DNA from: a virus
Reading direction: 5' to 3' (one strand)
IMG/VR virus record: IMGVR_UViG_3300045988_159816
Length of the DNA stretch: 64,000 bases
Part shown: piece by piece, positions 47,936 to 58,138 of the stretch
How positions within the stretch are numbered: the first letter of the stretch is position 1
Layout of the letters: every line of letters begins with the position of its first letter
Position numbers and translations under genes: made by a program
Notes under the pieces: model-generated
Told to the model about the DNA's origin: nothing
The model's input: the letters and a program-made list of their open reading frames with translations, nothing else
Databases searched by the model: none

Positions 47936-48948
47936 TGTTTAGTGTTAATGGTAAAACTTTGCTAGAAGATGATTTACATATTTTATCAATGTTGCAATCA
48001 GAAATTTATAATCGAACAGGTATAACCTTTTTGGGTAAATTTATTGTTAGTGATACAGATATTCAATTTTGCTGTCCTTTTCATAGCAATGGACAAGAAA
48101 GAAGACCTTCTTGCGGTATTACAAGAGTTGAAAAAGGTACAGGTAAAAATAAAATTCCAGCTGGTACTGTACATTGTTTTACCTGTGGAGCGACTACATC
48201 ACTAGAGAATATGGTTAGTTATTTATTTGGTTTTAATGATGAAGGTATTTATGGGTCAAAATGGTTAATATCTAAATTCTTATCTGTAGAAATTGAAGAT
48301 AGAAAAGATATAAGATTAGAATTTAATAGATATAAAGCGAATGCAATTCTTAAAAAATATGTATCAGAAAAAGAGTTAGATCGTTATAGATATATTCATC
48401 CTTATATGTATAAGAGAGGTATGACAGATGATTTAATTGAAAAGTTCGATGTAGGTTATGACCCAGCTTTTAAATTAAAGAAAGGTGAAAAGACATTCCC
48501 CTGCATTACTTTTCCTGTGAGGGATAAACAAGGCAATACTTTATTTATTGCAAGACGTGCAATAGATTTCAAGCTCTATCACTATCCCGAGGGAGTAGAT
48601 AAGCCCTTGTATGGGGTATATGAGCTGGACTACAGTAAAAATACATTAGTTGTTTGCGAAAGTATTATTAATGCAATTACGGCTACTAAGTATGGGGATA
48701 ACGCTATTGCTTTATTAGGTACAGGAGCAAAGAATCAATATGATTTAATTAAAAAGTTACCATTTAGATATATTATAGCTGCTTTTGATGGTGATGAAGC
48801 TGGAGAACGTGGTGCTTATAGGTTAATCAAAAACTTACCTAATAAATTAGTTAAGGTTTTAAAAGTCCCACAAGGTAAAGATATTAATGATTTAACAGAG
48901 GAAGAATATAATAATCTTCCCGAATATTTTTTATCTAAAAGGTATTGA
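47932..48948 (+). CDS. DNA primase (CHC2 zinc finger + TOPRIM)
   Basis: Zinc finger CCPFHSNGQERRPSCGI and TOPRIM motif VVCESIINAIT...FDGDEAGE. Confidence 0.75.
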   Translation: MMFSVNGKTLLEDDLHILSMLQSEIYNRTGITFLGKFIVSDTDIQFCCPFHSNGQERRPSCGITRVEKGTGKNKIPAGTVHCFTCGATTSLENMVSYLFGFNDEGIYGSKWLISKFLSVEIEDRKDIRLEFNRYKANAILKKYVSEKELDRYRYIHPYMYKRGMTDDLIEKFDVGYDPAFKLKKGEKTFPCITFPVRDKQGNTLFIARRAIDFKLYHYPEGVDKPLYGVYELDYSKNTLVVCESIINAITATKYGDNAIALLGTGAKNQYDLIKKLPFRYIIAAFDGDEAGERGAYRLIKNLPNKLVKVLKVPQGKDINDLTEEEYNNLPEYFLSKRY

Positions 48949-49027
48949 CATTGAGATATCTAAGCAGTATAATGTATTTGAAGGTGAAGGTTTTCACCAA
49001 TAAAATTTATAAAAAGGTGGTAATATT

Positions 49028-49891
49028 ATGAAGGTAATTTGTACTCGAAACAATGCAGAATTTGAATTTGTAAGAATGGAAGGCGAAGATTATGTATTAG
49101 CCGATCCGGAAACTGGTAAAGAAAAAATTATTAATGCAAAAGCATATAAACGCTTTTACAAAGAAGTTGAAGAACCTGAAGATCCGGTTGTTGATGAAGA
49201 AGTAGAAGAAGAAACTGAATCTGAAGATGTTGAAGACGAGGAAGAGGTTGAGGAAGCTGAGGAGGAAGAAACTCCGAAAGAAGAACCTAAAACTAAAAAA
49301 GCCCCTGCAAAAGAAAAGAAAGCAGCTGCTAAAGCTAAAGAACCTAAAACTAAAAAAGTCAAGGAGCCAAAAGCACCTCGTGAAATTTCTCCCTTGAAAG
49401 ATATTGTAGAAAAGATTGTTCTTGCAGCTGATTGTACAATTTTTGAAACACAAGTAAAAGGTTTCCATACTTTTAAAGTTGCTGAACATATGTGCATGGC
49501 AATGACTTTTAGTACAAAAGGTGTTGTGCTTTGGTTGCGTACTAAAGTATTAAAAGATTTAGATTTGGGAATTAATTACAAACCTATGAAGCATATGTTT
49601 GATGCTCGTTTGCCCATTACTGAAGTAACAGATGAAAATGTTGATTTGATTCGCAAACTTGTAGCTGCTCATGTAGAGTATCAAAAGGGCATTAATAAAC
49701 AACGTGCAGAAAAGGTTTTAAAACAAGAAGCTGCTCGTAAAAAACGTGAAGAAAAAGCTGAAGCTAAGAAAAAAGAAGAAATGGCTAAAAAGTTGGGAGT
49801 TAAATCTAAAAAATCTAAAAAAGAAGAAAAAGTTGAAAAACCAGTAGAAGCTGAAGTAGAAGAATCCGAAGAGGTTGAAGAGGAGGAATAA
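49028..49891 (+). CDS. highly acidic E/K-rich protein
   Basis: Poly-Glu tracts EEVEEETESEDVEDEEEVEEAEEEE. Confidence 0.45.
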   Translation: MKVICTRNNAEFEFVRMEGEDYVLADPETGKEKIINAKAYKRFYKEVEEPEDPVVDEEVEEETESEDVEDEEEVEEAEEEETPKEEPKTKKAPAKEKKAAAKAKEPKTKKVKEPKAPREISPLKDIVEKIVLAADCTIFETQVKGFHTFKVAEHMCMAMTFSTKGVVLWLRTKVLKDLDLGINYKPMKHMFDARLPITEVTDENVDLIRKLVAAHVEYQKGINKQRAEKVLKQEAARKKREEKAEAKKKEEMAKKLGVKSKKSKKEEKVEKPVEAEVEESEEVEEEE

Positions 49892-49894
49892 TCA

Positions 49895-50533
49895 ATGGCT
49901 CGCGTAAAACTTGAAGATGTCGATAAAGTAGTAACATCATCAACACAGTTTTTTCAAATGAAAAACGATGGGGATATCGAAAAAGTTAATATATTATATG
50001 AAACAATTGATGATGTTGAATGTCATTCCCTTCATAAAGTTAAAGTTAATGGACGCGATCGTTGGGTTGAATGCTTGCGGGAAGTTGGGGATGAAGTAGA
50101 GGCTTGTCCTTTATGTGCTTCCGGAAGTAAAATAGCATTAAGAGTATTTGTTCCATTGTATGTTAATGGTCAGGTTCAATTTTGGGAACGTGGTAAGAGT
50201 TTTGTTGATGATTTGAAAAGTTATTGTAATCGTTATAAACCTTTATGCGGTATGAATTTTGAAATTGAACGTCAGGGTGAAAAAGGCAATACTCAAACAA
50301 AATATCAATTCTTTCCATTAGAAAAGAATGGCAAAACTTTGAAGGACTTTCCGGAGGTTCCGGAAGTTCCAGACCAGTTCTTGCTTACTAAAACGGCTGA
50401 TGAACTGTATGACTTTTTAGATACGGGTATTATGCCAGGAGTTGAAGCAACACAAGAAAAGAAACAGGAAGTTCAGCCAAGACGTCGAGAGGGTAGTCCA
50501 CGAACAAACCGCCGTCGTGAAGTTCAATTTTAA
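49895..50533 (+). CDS. putative zinc-binding ssDNA-binding-like protein
   Basis: His/Cys cluster H...H...C...CPLC with a basic C-terminus. The assignment is weak. Confidence 0.35.
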   Translation: MARVKLEDVDKVVTSSTQFFQMKNDGDIEKVNILYETIDDVECHSLHKVKVNGRDRWVECLREVGDEVEACPLCASGSKIALRVFVPLYVNGQVQFWERGKSFVDDLKSYCNRYKPLCGMNFEIERQGEKGNTQTKYQFFPLEKNGKTLKDFPEVPEVPDQFLLTKTADELYDFLDTGIMPGVEATQEKKQEVQPRRREGSPRTNRRREVQF

Positions 50534-52818
50534 TGGCACTGTTTAATTTTAAACCTCGTTCAACAAAAGCAACTGATGCTGAAATAGCGAGTAAGGCTAA
50601 ATCTAAATTACCTGTTTTATCTTCTGGCGGTGTAAAATTAAAAGCAGGTAATTTAGCTAGTACCATTACTTCCATAAAAGCAATGACCAATAGGTATTTT
50701 GCTGATAAAAAAGATATGTATCTTAATATTATGGAAGAAGATGTTTTAATAGGATTAATTGATAAATTTATTGAAAATGGAATTGGAGCAATTGATACCG
50801 AAACAACAAGCCTTGATCCTATAACAACCACCTTAGCGGGTGTTTGTATATATACTCCTAACCATAAGGCGGGATATATTCCTATTAATCACATTAGTTA
50901 TTTAACTGGAGTTAAGATTAAAGGTCAACTTACTCCCGAGTTTGTCCGAAGTCAATTACAAAGATTAAAAGATGCTAATGTAAAGATTGATATGTTTAAC
51001 AGCGATTTCGATTGCCGTGTATTAAAACATACTTTAGGAATTATCTTGCCTTGTTGGTGGGACGGTTATATTGCACAGCGTTTGTTGGACGAAAATAATA
51101 AAGACAATGCTTTAAAACCTTTATGGGATAAGTATGTTAATAAAGGCAAAGACAAGTCCCATACATTTAGTGAGTTATTTAAGGGAATACCATTTACAAT
51201 GATTCCTTTAGATATAGCCTATTTATATGCTGCAAATGATCCGCAGATAACATATGAATTGGCAGAGTTTCAAAGACCATTTTTAACAGAAACATCACAA
51301 GTATGTCAGGAGTATGACCTCGCGGATGTAGCTAAATTATTCCACGAATTAGAAATGCCTTTAGTTCCTGTTGTTTCGGAAATGGAAGATACTGGTGTTG
51401 CATTTGATTTAGATGTACAACAGAAACTTTCCATCAAGTATAATAAGCTGGTTGAAGAAGCGAATACAGAATTTAAAGAAACTTTAAAAATGTATGAATC
51501 TGAAATTGAAGCTTATAGAATTAAAAAAGGTTCTTCCTGTAAATTACCCGAAGAAATAAACGTAGCAAGTCCTGAACAGATTGCAATTTTATTGTACGAT
51601 GTTTTAGAACTACCTCCTGCCAGTAAAAAAGAGCCGAGAGGTACAGGTGAAAAAATATTATTACAATATGATAATGATTTGGTTAAAGCGATATTAAAAT
51701 ATCGTGGGGCGGCAAAGTTAGTATCTACTTATGTGGATAAATTTCCGAAAATTCTTAATCCGAAAACAGGGCGTGTTCATGCACGGTTTAATCAATTAGG
51801 CACAGTAACAGGTCGGTTTTCAAGCAATGACCCTAATTTGCAAAACATTCCCAGCCACGCTAAAGATATTCGTAAGATGTTCAAAGCTAGTGACGGCTAT
51901 GTAATGTTATCTTGTGACTATTCCGCACAGGAGCCTAGACTCACTGTTCATTTGGCACAAGACCAAAAAGGTATTCAAGCCTACCTTGATGGAAAAGATT
52001 TATATGCCGAAATCGCTTCATTAGCGTTTGGAGTACCTTATGAAGAATGCTTAGAGTTCAGACCTGATGGTACACATAATCCGGAAGGAAAGGACAGACG
52101 TGGCAGGGCAAAAGCAATATTATTAGGAATCAACTATGATAAAGGTGTTCCAGCTATTGCAGAGGACTTGCGCATATCTAAAAAATTAGCACAAGAAATT
52201 TATGATGCTGTATTAAATGCCTTTCCGAAGTTAAGGGATTTCCGTGATGATAGTCGAAGCATGGCAAGGGAATTAGGATATGTTACAACTATATGGGGAC
52301 GTAAAAGACGTTTACCCGATATGCAATTACCTGATTACGAGTTTTATTGGAAAGATGGTGTTGCTCGTGATTATGATCCTCTTGCAGATGATGAAGATGA
52401 AAACACAGAAGTTCCTGAAGAAACAGTAAACTATTATTGGAGTAAATTAGAGAGTTGTAAAAGTTTTAAGCAGGTTAAAGCTATAATTGCAGAAGCTAAT
52501 AACGAAGGAATTAGAGTAGTTGATAATCGAATGAAAATTGCTGACGCCACTAGAATGTGTGTTAATGCAAGGGTACAGGGCAGTGCGGCGGACTTAACTA
52601 AATTCGCAATGCTTAAAATTAGTAGATGTGAAGAGTTAAAACAGCTTGGCTTCCGTTTATTAATTCAAGTACATGATGAAATTATTGGTGAGTGTCCGGA
52701 AGAAAATAAAGATCGTGTTGCAGAGTTAATAAATGAATGTATGGTAAATGCAGTTAAATTATCTATTCCTTTCAAATGTGATGTCGAAGTTACAAAATGC
52801 TGGTATGAAAACGAATAA
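50533..52818 (+). CDS. family A DNA polymerase (Pol I-like, with 3'-5' exonuclease domain)
   Basis: Motif A DYSAQEPRL, motif B RRGRAKAILLGINYD and motif C QVHDEI. Confidence 0.9.
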   Translation: MALFNFKPRSTKATDAEIASKAKSKLPVLSSGGVKLKAGNLASTITSIKAMTNRYFADKKDMYLNIMEEDVLIGLIDKFIENGIGAIDTETTSLDPITTTLAGVCIYTPNHKAGYIPINHISYLTGVKIKGQLTPEFVRSQLQRLKDANVKIDMFNSDFDCRVLKHTLGIILPCWWDGYIAQRLLDENNKDNALKPLWDKYVNKGKDKSHTFSELFKGIPFTMIPLDIAYLYAANDPQITYELAEFQRPFLTETSQVCQEYDLADVAKLFHELEMPLVPVVSEMEDTGVAFDLDVQQKLSIKYNKLVEEANTEFKETLKMYESEIEAYRIKKGSSCKLPEEINVASPEQIAILLYDVLELPPASKKEPRGTGEKILLQYDNDLVKAILKYRGAAKLVSTYVDKFPKILNPKTGRVHARFNQLGTVTGRFSSNDPNLQNIPSHAKDIRKMFKASDGYVMLSCDYSAQEPRLTVHLAQDQKGIQAYLDGKDLYAEIASLAFGVPYEECLEFRPDGTHNPEGKDRRGRAKAILLGINYDKGVPAIAEDLRISKKLAQEIYDAVLNAFPKLRDFRDDSRSMARELGYVTTIWGRKRRLPDMQLPDYEFYWKDGVARDYDPLADDEDENTEVPEETVNYYWSKLESCKSFKQVKAIIAEANNEGIRVVDNRMKIADATRMCVNARVQGSAADLTKFAMLKISRCEELKQLGFRLLIQVHDEIIGECPEENKDRVAELINECMVNAVKLSIPFKCDVEVTKCWYENE

Positions 52819-52828
52819 GACCATTAAT

Positions 52829-52861
52829 AACCATTACGATTGAATCGTAATGGTTATTTTT
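52829..52861 (+). terminator. intrinsic terminator
   Basis: aaccattacgatt-gaa-tcgtaatggtt perfect hairpin followed by T-run. Confidence 0.65.
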
Positions 52862-52862
52862 A

Positions 52863-52891
52863 TTGACATTACTATAATAGTGTAGTATAAT
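52863..52891 (+). promoter_or_regulatory. sigma-70-like promoter of the deazaguanine module
   Basis: TTGACA at 52863-52868 and TATAAT at 52886-52891. Confidence 0.55.
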
Positions 52892-52915
52892 AGTAAATAG
52901 AAAAGGGGGTTTAAA

Positions 52916-53839
52916 ATGTTTGATTTATACTTCGCAGGTCAAGTAACAGACCATGTTGACAAATGTTTATTTGACATGGGAGCTAACCATCTATTTTCTT
53001 TTTTAAATGAAAGAAAAAATATTGATAGATGGATCAGGTGGGTCGATACCTATGGCAAAAGGGGAAAGTTATTTATTGATAGTGGTGCTTTTACAGCGTG
53101 GACTAAAGGTACTTATATCAACGTAGATGACTATATTTATTTCTTAAATGATAGGGTACAGTATATTGACCTTTTTGGGCAGTTGGATTGTATTCCCGGA
53201 AACATCAGAAATAAACCAACACAGGCACAAGTAAATGATGCGGCTGTTAAAACTTGGAAAAACTTCATTTATATGAGGGAGAGAGTGCTTAACAAAAAAG
53301 GTTTATTATTTACTTTTCATGTAGGTGAGCCTATATGGTGTCTGCGTAGAGCCTTAGAGTGGAAAGACGAAAATGGGTTGCCATTGGACTATATTGCCCT
53401 CGGTGGTATGGTTGGTAAGCCTAAAGACGTACAAAAGAATTTTTTAGATTTATGTTTTGACATTATTAAAAGTTCTAGTAATCCGAATGTCAAGGTTCAT
53501 GCTTTTGGAATGACAGTAAGAAAGATATTACAGTCATTTCCAGTATTTTCAGCAGATAGTTCTTCATGGATTCAAAGTGGTCACAATGGAGCTATTTATA
53601 CTCCTTGGGGTACAGTTATTATTAGTGCTCAGCAAAAGGATAAAATAGTTCATCCTTTAAATGGTAGTGCGGTTGCTTTAGAAGACTTGAAAAATTATAT
53701 TTCCAGTAAGAAGTTCGATTTTGAACAGCTTATGGAAGATTATGTTCAGCGTGATCTATGGAATGTTACATTCTTAATGGATTGGGCAAAAGATTATACC
53801 TATCATGGTGGAAAACTTATCAGGAGGCGATTATTTTGA
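52916..53839 (+). CDS. dpdA: DpdA-like DNA-guanine transglycosylase (TGT superfamily), putative
   Basis: TGT-like FIDSGAFTA motif. No zinc site. Lies immediately upstream of queC-queD-queE-folE. Confidence 0.5.
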   Translation: MFDLYFAGQVTDHVDKCLFDMGANHLFSFLNERKNIDRWIRWVDTYGKRGKLFIDSGAFTAWTKGTYINVDDYIYFLNDRVQYIDLFGQLDCIPGNIRNKPTQAQVNDAAVKTWKNFIYMRERVLNKKGLLFTFHVGEPIWCLRRALEWKDENGLPLDYIALGGMVGKPKDVQKNFLDLCFDIIKSSSNPNVKVHAFGMTVRKILQSFPVFSADSSSWIQSGHNGAIYTPWGTVIISAQQKDKIVHPLNGSAVALEDLKNYISSKKFDFEQLMEDYVQRDLWNVTFLMDWAKDYTYHGGKLIRRRLF

Positions 53840-54516
53840 AAGCAGTAGTATTATTAAGTGGTGGTGTAGATAGTGCCACTTGTTTAGCGATGGCAGTAAA
53901 CAGTTATGGAAATGACGAGGTTACTGCCTTATCTATTCATTATGGTCAAAAACACGAAAAAGAAATTGAGTGTGCAAGAAAGCTTGCTGAATATTATAAG
54001 GTAAAACACATTGAACATGATGTTAGTAGCGTAATGGATTTTAGTTCTTGTCCCTTATTGAAAGATAGAGGAGAGATTGAACATAAAAGTTATGCTGAAC
54101 AACTTAAAGAAAAAGGCGGGGAAGGAACTGTTGATACTTATGTCCCTTTTAGAAATGGCTTATTTTTAAGTGTAGCAACTGCTATTGCATTAAGTTTGTA
54201 TGCAAGTGAGGTTTGGTATGGCGCACATTTAGATGATGCGGCAGGCAGAGCCTATCCGGATTGTACAAGCGAATTTGTAGATAGTATGCGTCGAGCAATT
54301 CTTGAAGGTACAGCCTATCAGGTTACTTTAAGAGCTCCTTTGATTTTCTTTAATAAAGCGGGAGTTGTTGAAGCTGGTTTACGTTTAGATGTACCTTATC
54401 AATATACATGGTCTTGCTATGAAGGCGGGGATAAACCTTGTGGTGAGTGTGGTACTTGTTTAGACCGTCAGAAAGCTTTTGAATTAAATGGTGTTAAAGA
54501 CCCTGCAATGAGGTAA
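53836..54516 (+). CDS. queC: 7-cyano-7-deazaguanine synthase QueC
   Basis: TTG start after aggaggcga. Motifs KAVVLLSGGVDS and C-terminal CGECGTCLDR. Confidence 0.85.
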   Translation: MKAVVLLSGGVDSATCLAMAVNSYGNDEVTALSIHYGQKHEKEIECARKLAEYYKVKHIEHDVSSVMDFSSCPLLKDRGEIEHKSYAEQLKEKGGEGTVDTYVPFRNGLFLSVATAIALSLYASEVWYGAHLDDAAGRAYPDCTSEFVDSMRRAILEGTAYQVTLRAPLIFFNKAGVVEAGLRLDVPYQYTWSCYEGGDKPCGECGTCLDRQKAFELNGVKDPAMR

Positions 54517-54520
54517 TAAT

Positions 54521-54709
54521 ATGAACTGTTTAAAAGGTGAAATTATCAAAGAAATGGAAGCTAAAGCTAAAAGGGCTATTGACCAAAAAGAATATACAAT
54601 GGGCAATGTTTTAGTCAATGCAGAACAGTTATTAAGCCTTATTTATGAAGTTAAAGTAAAAAGATATCATAATCATATTAAACCAGGAGGAAAGAAATGT
54701 ACACAGTAA
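54521..54709 (+). CDS. hypothetical small protein
   Basis: 62-aa ORF. Confidence 0.3.
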   Translation: MNCLKGEIIKEMEAKAKRAIDQKEYTMGNVLVNAEQLLSLIYEVKVKRYHNHIKPGGKKCTQ

Positions 54710-55032
54710 TTAAAGATTTAGAAATTTCAGCTTGCCACAGATTAAATTTGAATTATGCAAGTAAATGTACTCAAAGGCATGGTCACAACTGGCATATCAG
54801 AGTGATATGCGAAAGTAATGAATTAAACGAAAATGGTATGGTGGTTGATTTTACTCATATTAAACAATTTATTTCAGATATGTTTGATCATCAAGATTTA
54901 AACGAAAAAATGGACGTAAATCCTACAGCAGAAAATATTGCAAAAATGATTTGTGATAATGTTGCAAATTGTGTTAGGGTAGAAGTTCAAGAAAGTGATG
55001 GTAATTTAGCTATTTATGACAAAACAAGATAA
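54697..55032 (+). CDS. queD: 6-carboxytetrahydropterin synthase QueD
   Basis: Motif CHRLNLNYASKCTQRHGHNW (C...HGH). Confidence 0.8.
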   Translation: MYTVIKDLEISACHRLNLNYASKCTQRHGHNWHIRVICESNELNENGMVVDFTHIKQFISDMFDHQDLNEKMDVNPTAENIAKMICDNVANCVRVEVQESDGNLAIYDKTR

Positions 55033-55675
55033 AGTTTATAGTGTAAACGAAATATTTACAAGTATTGAAGGAGAAGGTATTCGTACTGGATTTCTTTCAA
55101 CATTTGTCAGATTTAATGGTTGTAATTTAGCTTGCGGTTACTGCGATACAAAATATGCACAAGAACCTCAAGAACCTAATATGTCATTGCATGATATTTT
55201 AGAAGCCGTTAGTCAATCGGGATGTGGTAGAGTTACCCTCACAGGCGGAGAACCTTTATTTAGAGGTTATATGCAGGAGTTAATTCAAGAATTATCATGG
55301 CTTAGTTATCATGTTAATATTGAAACTAATGGGTCAATCATTCTTCCAGATTGTGTAACATTACCCGGAGTTTTTGTCACAATGGATTGGAAATGTCCGA
55401 GTAGTGGTCAAAATGGTAGTATGAAATCAGAAAATTTAAAAAAATTAACTTTAGTAGATGTATTGAAATTTGTTGTTGCTACGGAAGAAGATTTAGCTGA
55501 ATTTAAACGTATTTATGAACAAAATTTAGTTTGTACTTATGTGTTAAGCCCAGTATTCGGAGCAATTGAGCCAAAAGCATTAGTTGAATTTATTAAAGAA
55601 AATAAAATGAATAATGCAATGGTACAAGTACAACTTCATAAAATTATTTGGGATCCGAATGAAAGAGGTGTCTAA
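55016..55675 (+). CDS. queE: 7-carboxy-7-deazaguanine synthase QueE (radical SAM)
   Basis: Radical-SAM motif EGEGIRTG...FNGCNLACGYCDTKYA. Confidence 0.85.
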   Translation: MTKQDKVYSVNEIFTSIEGEGIRTGFLSTFVRFNGCNLACGYCDTKYAQEPQEPNMSLHDILEAVSQSGCGRVTLTGGEPLFRGYMQELIQELSWLSYHVNIETNGSIILPDCVTLPGVFVTMDWKCPSSGQNGSMKSENLKKLTLVDVLKFVVATEEDLAEFKRIYEQNLVCTYVLSPVFGAIEPKALVEFIKENKMNNAMVQVQLHKIIWDPNERGV

Positions 55676-56270
55676 AGTGGAAGTAAATATTGATAAGGAG
55701 CAATCATTAAAGCTCCTTGAACAGGCTGGTACACTTATTTTGCAAGCGTTAAATAAAAATATAAATGAACCAGGATTAATTGAAACTCCAAAAAGATTTG
55801 CTAAAATGATTATGGAACAATGCGAAGGCGAATTTGTTACAGACAAAGATATTATTAGAATGTTTGATAAATGTTTCCCACAGGATTCTGAAGATATTGT
55901 TACCTGTTGCAATATCCCTGTATTTAGTCATTGCGAACATCATCTTGCATTAATGTATGACATGACTGTAAGCATTGGTTATTATCCTAATGGAAAAGTG
56001 ATTGGACTTTCTAAGATGGCTCGTATTGCAGATATGGTTTCAAAAAGACTTCAACTGCAAGAAAGAATCGGAAATCAAATTAAATATATTTTATCCAATA
56101 TTTTAGAAACAGAAAATGTTATTGTAGTTGTTAGTGGTAAACATTCTTGTATGACTGCAAGGGGAATTAAAAAGCCAGAGGCGGGAACTGTAACTGTTCA
56201 TACTTCAGGTAGATTTAAATATATTGATGAACAGGAAAAATTTATGGAAATTGTGAGGTTAAGTAAATGA
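55659..56270 (+). CDS. folE: GTP cyclohydrolase I FolE
   Basis: Motifs ETPKRFAKM and CEHH. The start is 55659 (ATG) or 55677 (GTG). Confidence 0.8.
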   Translation: MKEVSKVEVNIDKEQSLKLLEQAGTLILQALNKNINEPGLIETPKRFAKMIMEQCEGEFVTDKDIIRMFDKCFPQDSEDIVTCCNIPVFSHCEHHLALMYDMTVSIGYYPNGKVIGLSKMARIADMVSKRLQLQERIGNQIKYILSNILETENVIVVVSGKHSCMTARGIKKPEAGTVTVHTSGRFKYIDEQEKFMEIVRLSK

Positions 56271-57346
56271 AGATTGATATTATAACTACCGAATTAAAGG
56301 ATATGGTTGCTCGAGCAATTAAAGGTGCAAGCTGTAATAAAATTCTTCCTTTAACGAATTATATGGGCTTTGAGGTTGTTGATAATACCCTGTATTTAAA
56401 AACTACTGACGGCTTGCATTATTTGACAGTATGTAAAGATAAAGTAAAATGTGAAGACTTTGCCTGTGTACTACCTGTGCAAACTTTTGCTAAATTAGTA
56501 AATAAAACCACCAGTGAACACATTATTTTAACTGTTAAAGACGGTGTACTTACCGTTAAAGGTAATGGTTATTACCACATTGAGCTTGTACTGGACGAAA
56601 ATGGGGATATATTGCAATTTCCGGATACGTCTATAGAAATACCTGAAGATATTAAGGCGGTAAAGGTTAAACAGCCAATTCTTCAGGCGGTTTTCGATAT
56701 TTGTACAGCAAGTTTATCTAAAACAATGGAAAATGCAGTTTTAACAGGTTATTTCTTTGATAAGAATGTAATTACTACAGACAGTATTAAACTTTGCGTT
56801 TATTCAGTCAATGTATTTAAAAGACCTGCACTGTTATCTGTAGAGATGCTTAAACTTGCAACTTTAATTCCGGAAGAAGATATATCTGTTTATTTTGTTG
56901 ATAACGATGTAATCTTTAAAACCGAAACAATGGAAATTGCAGGTGCACAATTAGAAGATATTGAAACATATCCAGTTGAAGAACTTGAATCCTTTTTAGA
57001 AACAGAATTTCCTTCAAATTGTGTAGTAAATAAGGGGCTTGTACTTTCTGCCCTTGACCGTTTAAATATCTTTGTATCTGAATATGATAAAAACACTATT
57101 AAATTAGTATTTACTAAAGATGGTATGAAAATTATTTCTAGACGTACTAAAGCCGAAGAAACTATTCCTTATATGGAGAGTGAAAGCTTTGAAGAGTTTG
57201 AATGTTTGGTAGACATTCAACAATTTAAAGACCAGTTAAACGCTTTAGCAACCGATTCTATCGACTTGTCTTATGGTTCTCCTCAAGCTATTAAGATTGT
57301 CGAAGGTAAGGTAGTACAAATTCTTTCTTTGGTTGATGAAGAATAA
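56267..57346 (+). CDS. DNA polymerase sliding clamp (beta-clamp-like)
   Basis: 359 aa with a DnaN-like N-terminal pattern. The neighbourhood includes clamp-loader genes. Confidence 0.55.
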   Translation: MKIDIITTELKDMVARAIKGASCNKILPLTNYMGFEVVDNTLYLKTTDGLHYLTVCKDKVKCEDFACVLPVQTFAKLVNKTTSEHIILTVKDGVLTVKGNGYYHIELVLDENGDILQFPDTSIEIPEDIKAVKVKQPILQAVFDICTASLSKTMENAVLTGYFFDKNVITTDSIKLCVYSVNVFKRPALLSVEMLKLATLIPEEDISVYFVDNDVIFKTETMEIAGAQLEDIETYPVEELESFLETEFPSNCVVNKGLVLSALDRLNIFVSEYDKNTIKLVFTKDGMKIISRRTKAEETIPYMESESFEEFECLVDIQQFKDQLNALATDSIDLSYGSPQAIKIVEGKVVQILSLVDEE

Positions 57347-58137
57347 TGGCTAAATCATCTTTAAAAAATTTACTTGCCATAGTAAATGAAACAAAGAAGC
57401 AAAGCCCTATTGCAGAATCCTTTTTGATGGACTTAATACAGTCCATCGAAAGGACTGCAAATAAGAATGAGAAAAAACCTAGTCCTCATTATAAGCCCAG
57501 TAGTTTGAATTGTATTCGTAATATGTATTATCAAATTGTAGGTCAAGATATGGACGAAAGTATTAAAGAGGCTGTGCTTGTTGGTATTGGGGAAAGTGGT
57601 ACGGATCGTCACGAACGTATCCAAAAAGCAATTATGCAAATGAAATCAAACGGTTTTGATTGCGAATATTTAGATGTTGGGGAATATGTAGAAGAAAATG
57701 AAATTCCAGGATTGATTGTAAAAGGTAAAAGTGGAGTAGAAACACGACTTTTCAATGAACCATGGAATTTAAGTTTTCTTTGTGATGGTATTATTAAATA
57801 TAAAGGTCAATATTATATATTTGAATTTAAAACTGAAGTATCTAAGAAATTTTTAATGCGTAAAGATGTTGATGAAGACCATAAAAAACAGGCAACAGCC
57901 TATGCTTTATCTTTAGGAATTGATAAAGTTTTATTTGTTTATGAATGTCGAGATAACTGTGATAAAAAATCTTATATGTTAGATGTAACAGATGACATGA
58001 AAAAGAATTTAATACAGTTAATTCAGGATTGCGATGATTATGTAGATGCTAATGTAGTCCCGCCTAAACCAAAAGATATTAAAACTAAAACTTGTCAATA
58101 TTGTAAATATCGCCTAGCGTGCAGAAAGGACGTATAA
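57346..58137 (+). CDS. PD-(D/E)xK nuclease, Cas4/RecB-like exonuclease
   Basis: Motif YIFEFKTE and C-terminal Cys cluster CQYCKYRLAC. Confidence 0.5.
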   Translation: MAKSSLKNLLAIVNETKKQSPIAESFLMDLIQSIERTANKNEKKPSPHYKPSSLNCIRNMYYQIVGQDMDESIKEAVLVGIGESGTDRHERIQKAIMQMKSNGFDCEYLDVGEYVEENEIPGLIVKGKSGVETRLFNEPWNLSFLCDGIIKYKGQYYIFEFKTEVSKKFLMRKDVDEDHKKQATAYALSLGIDKVLFVYECRDNCDKKSYMLDVTDDMKKNLIQLIQDCDDYVDANVVPPKPKDIKTKTCQYCKYRLACRKDV

Positions 58138-58138
58138 T

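Noticed and set aside
49028-49891. The poly-Glu protein as a nucleic-acid mimic or anti-restriction (Ocr-like) protein
   Set aside because: The call rests on composition only. Its position just before the putative SSB and the polymerase fits equally well with a replication accessory or chaperone-like acidic protein. It is kept as a hypothetical acidic protein.
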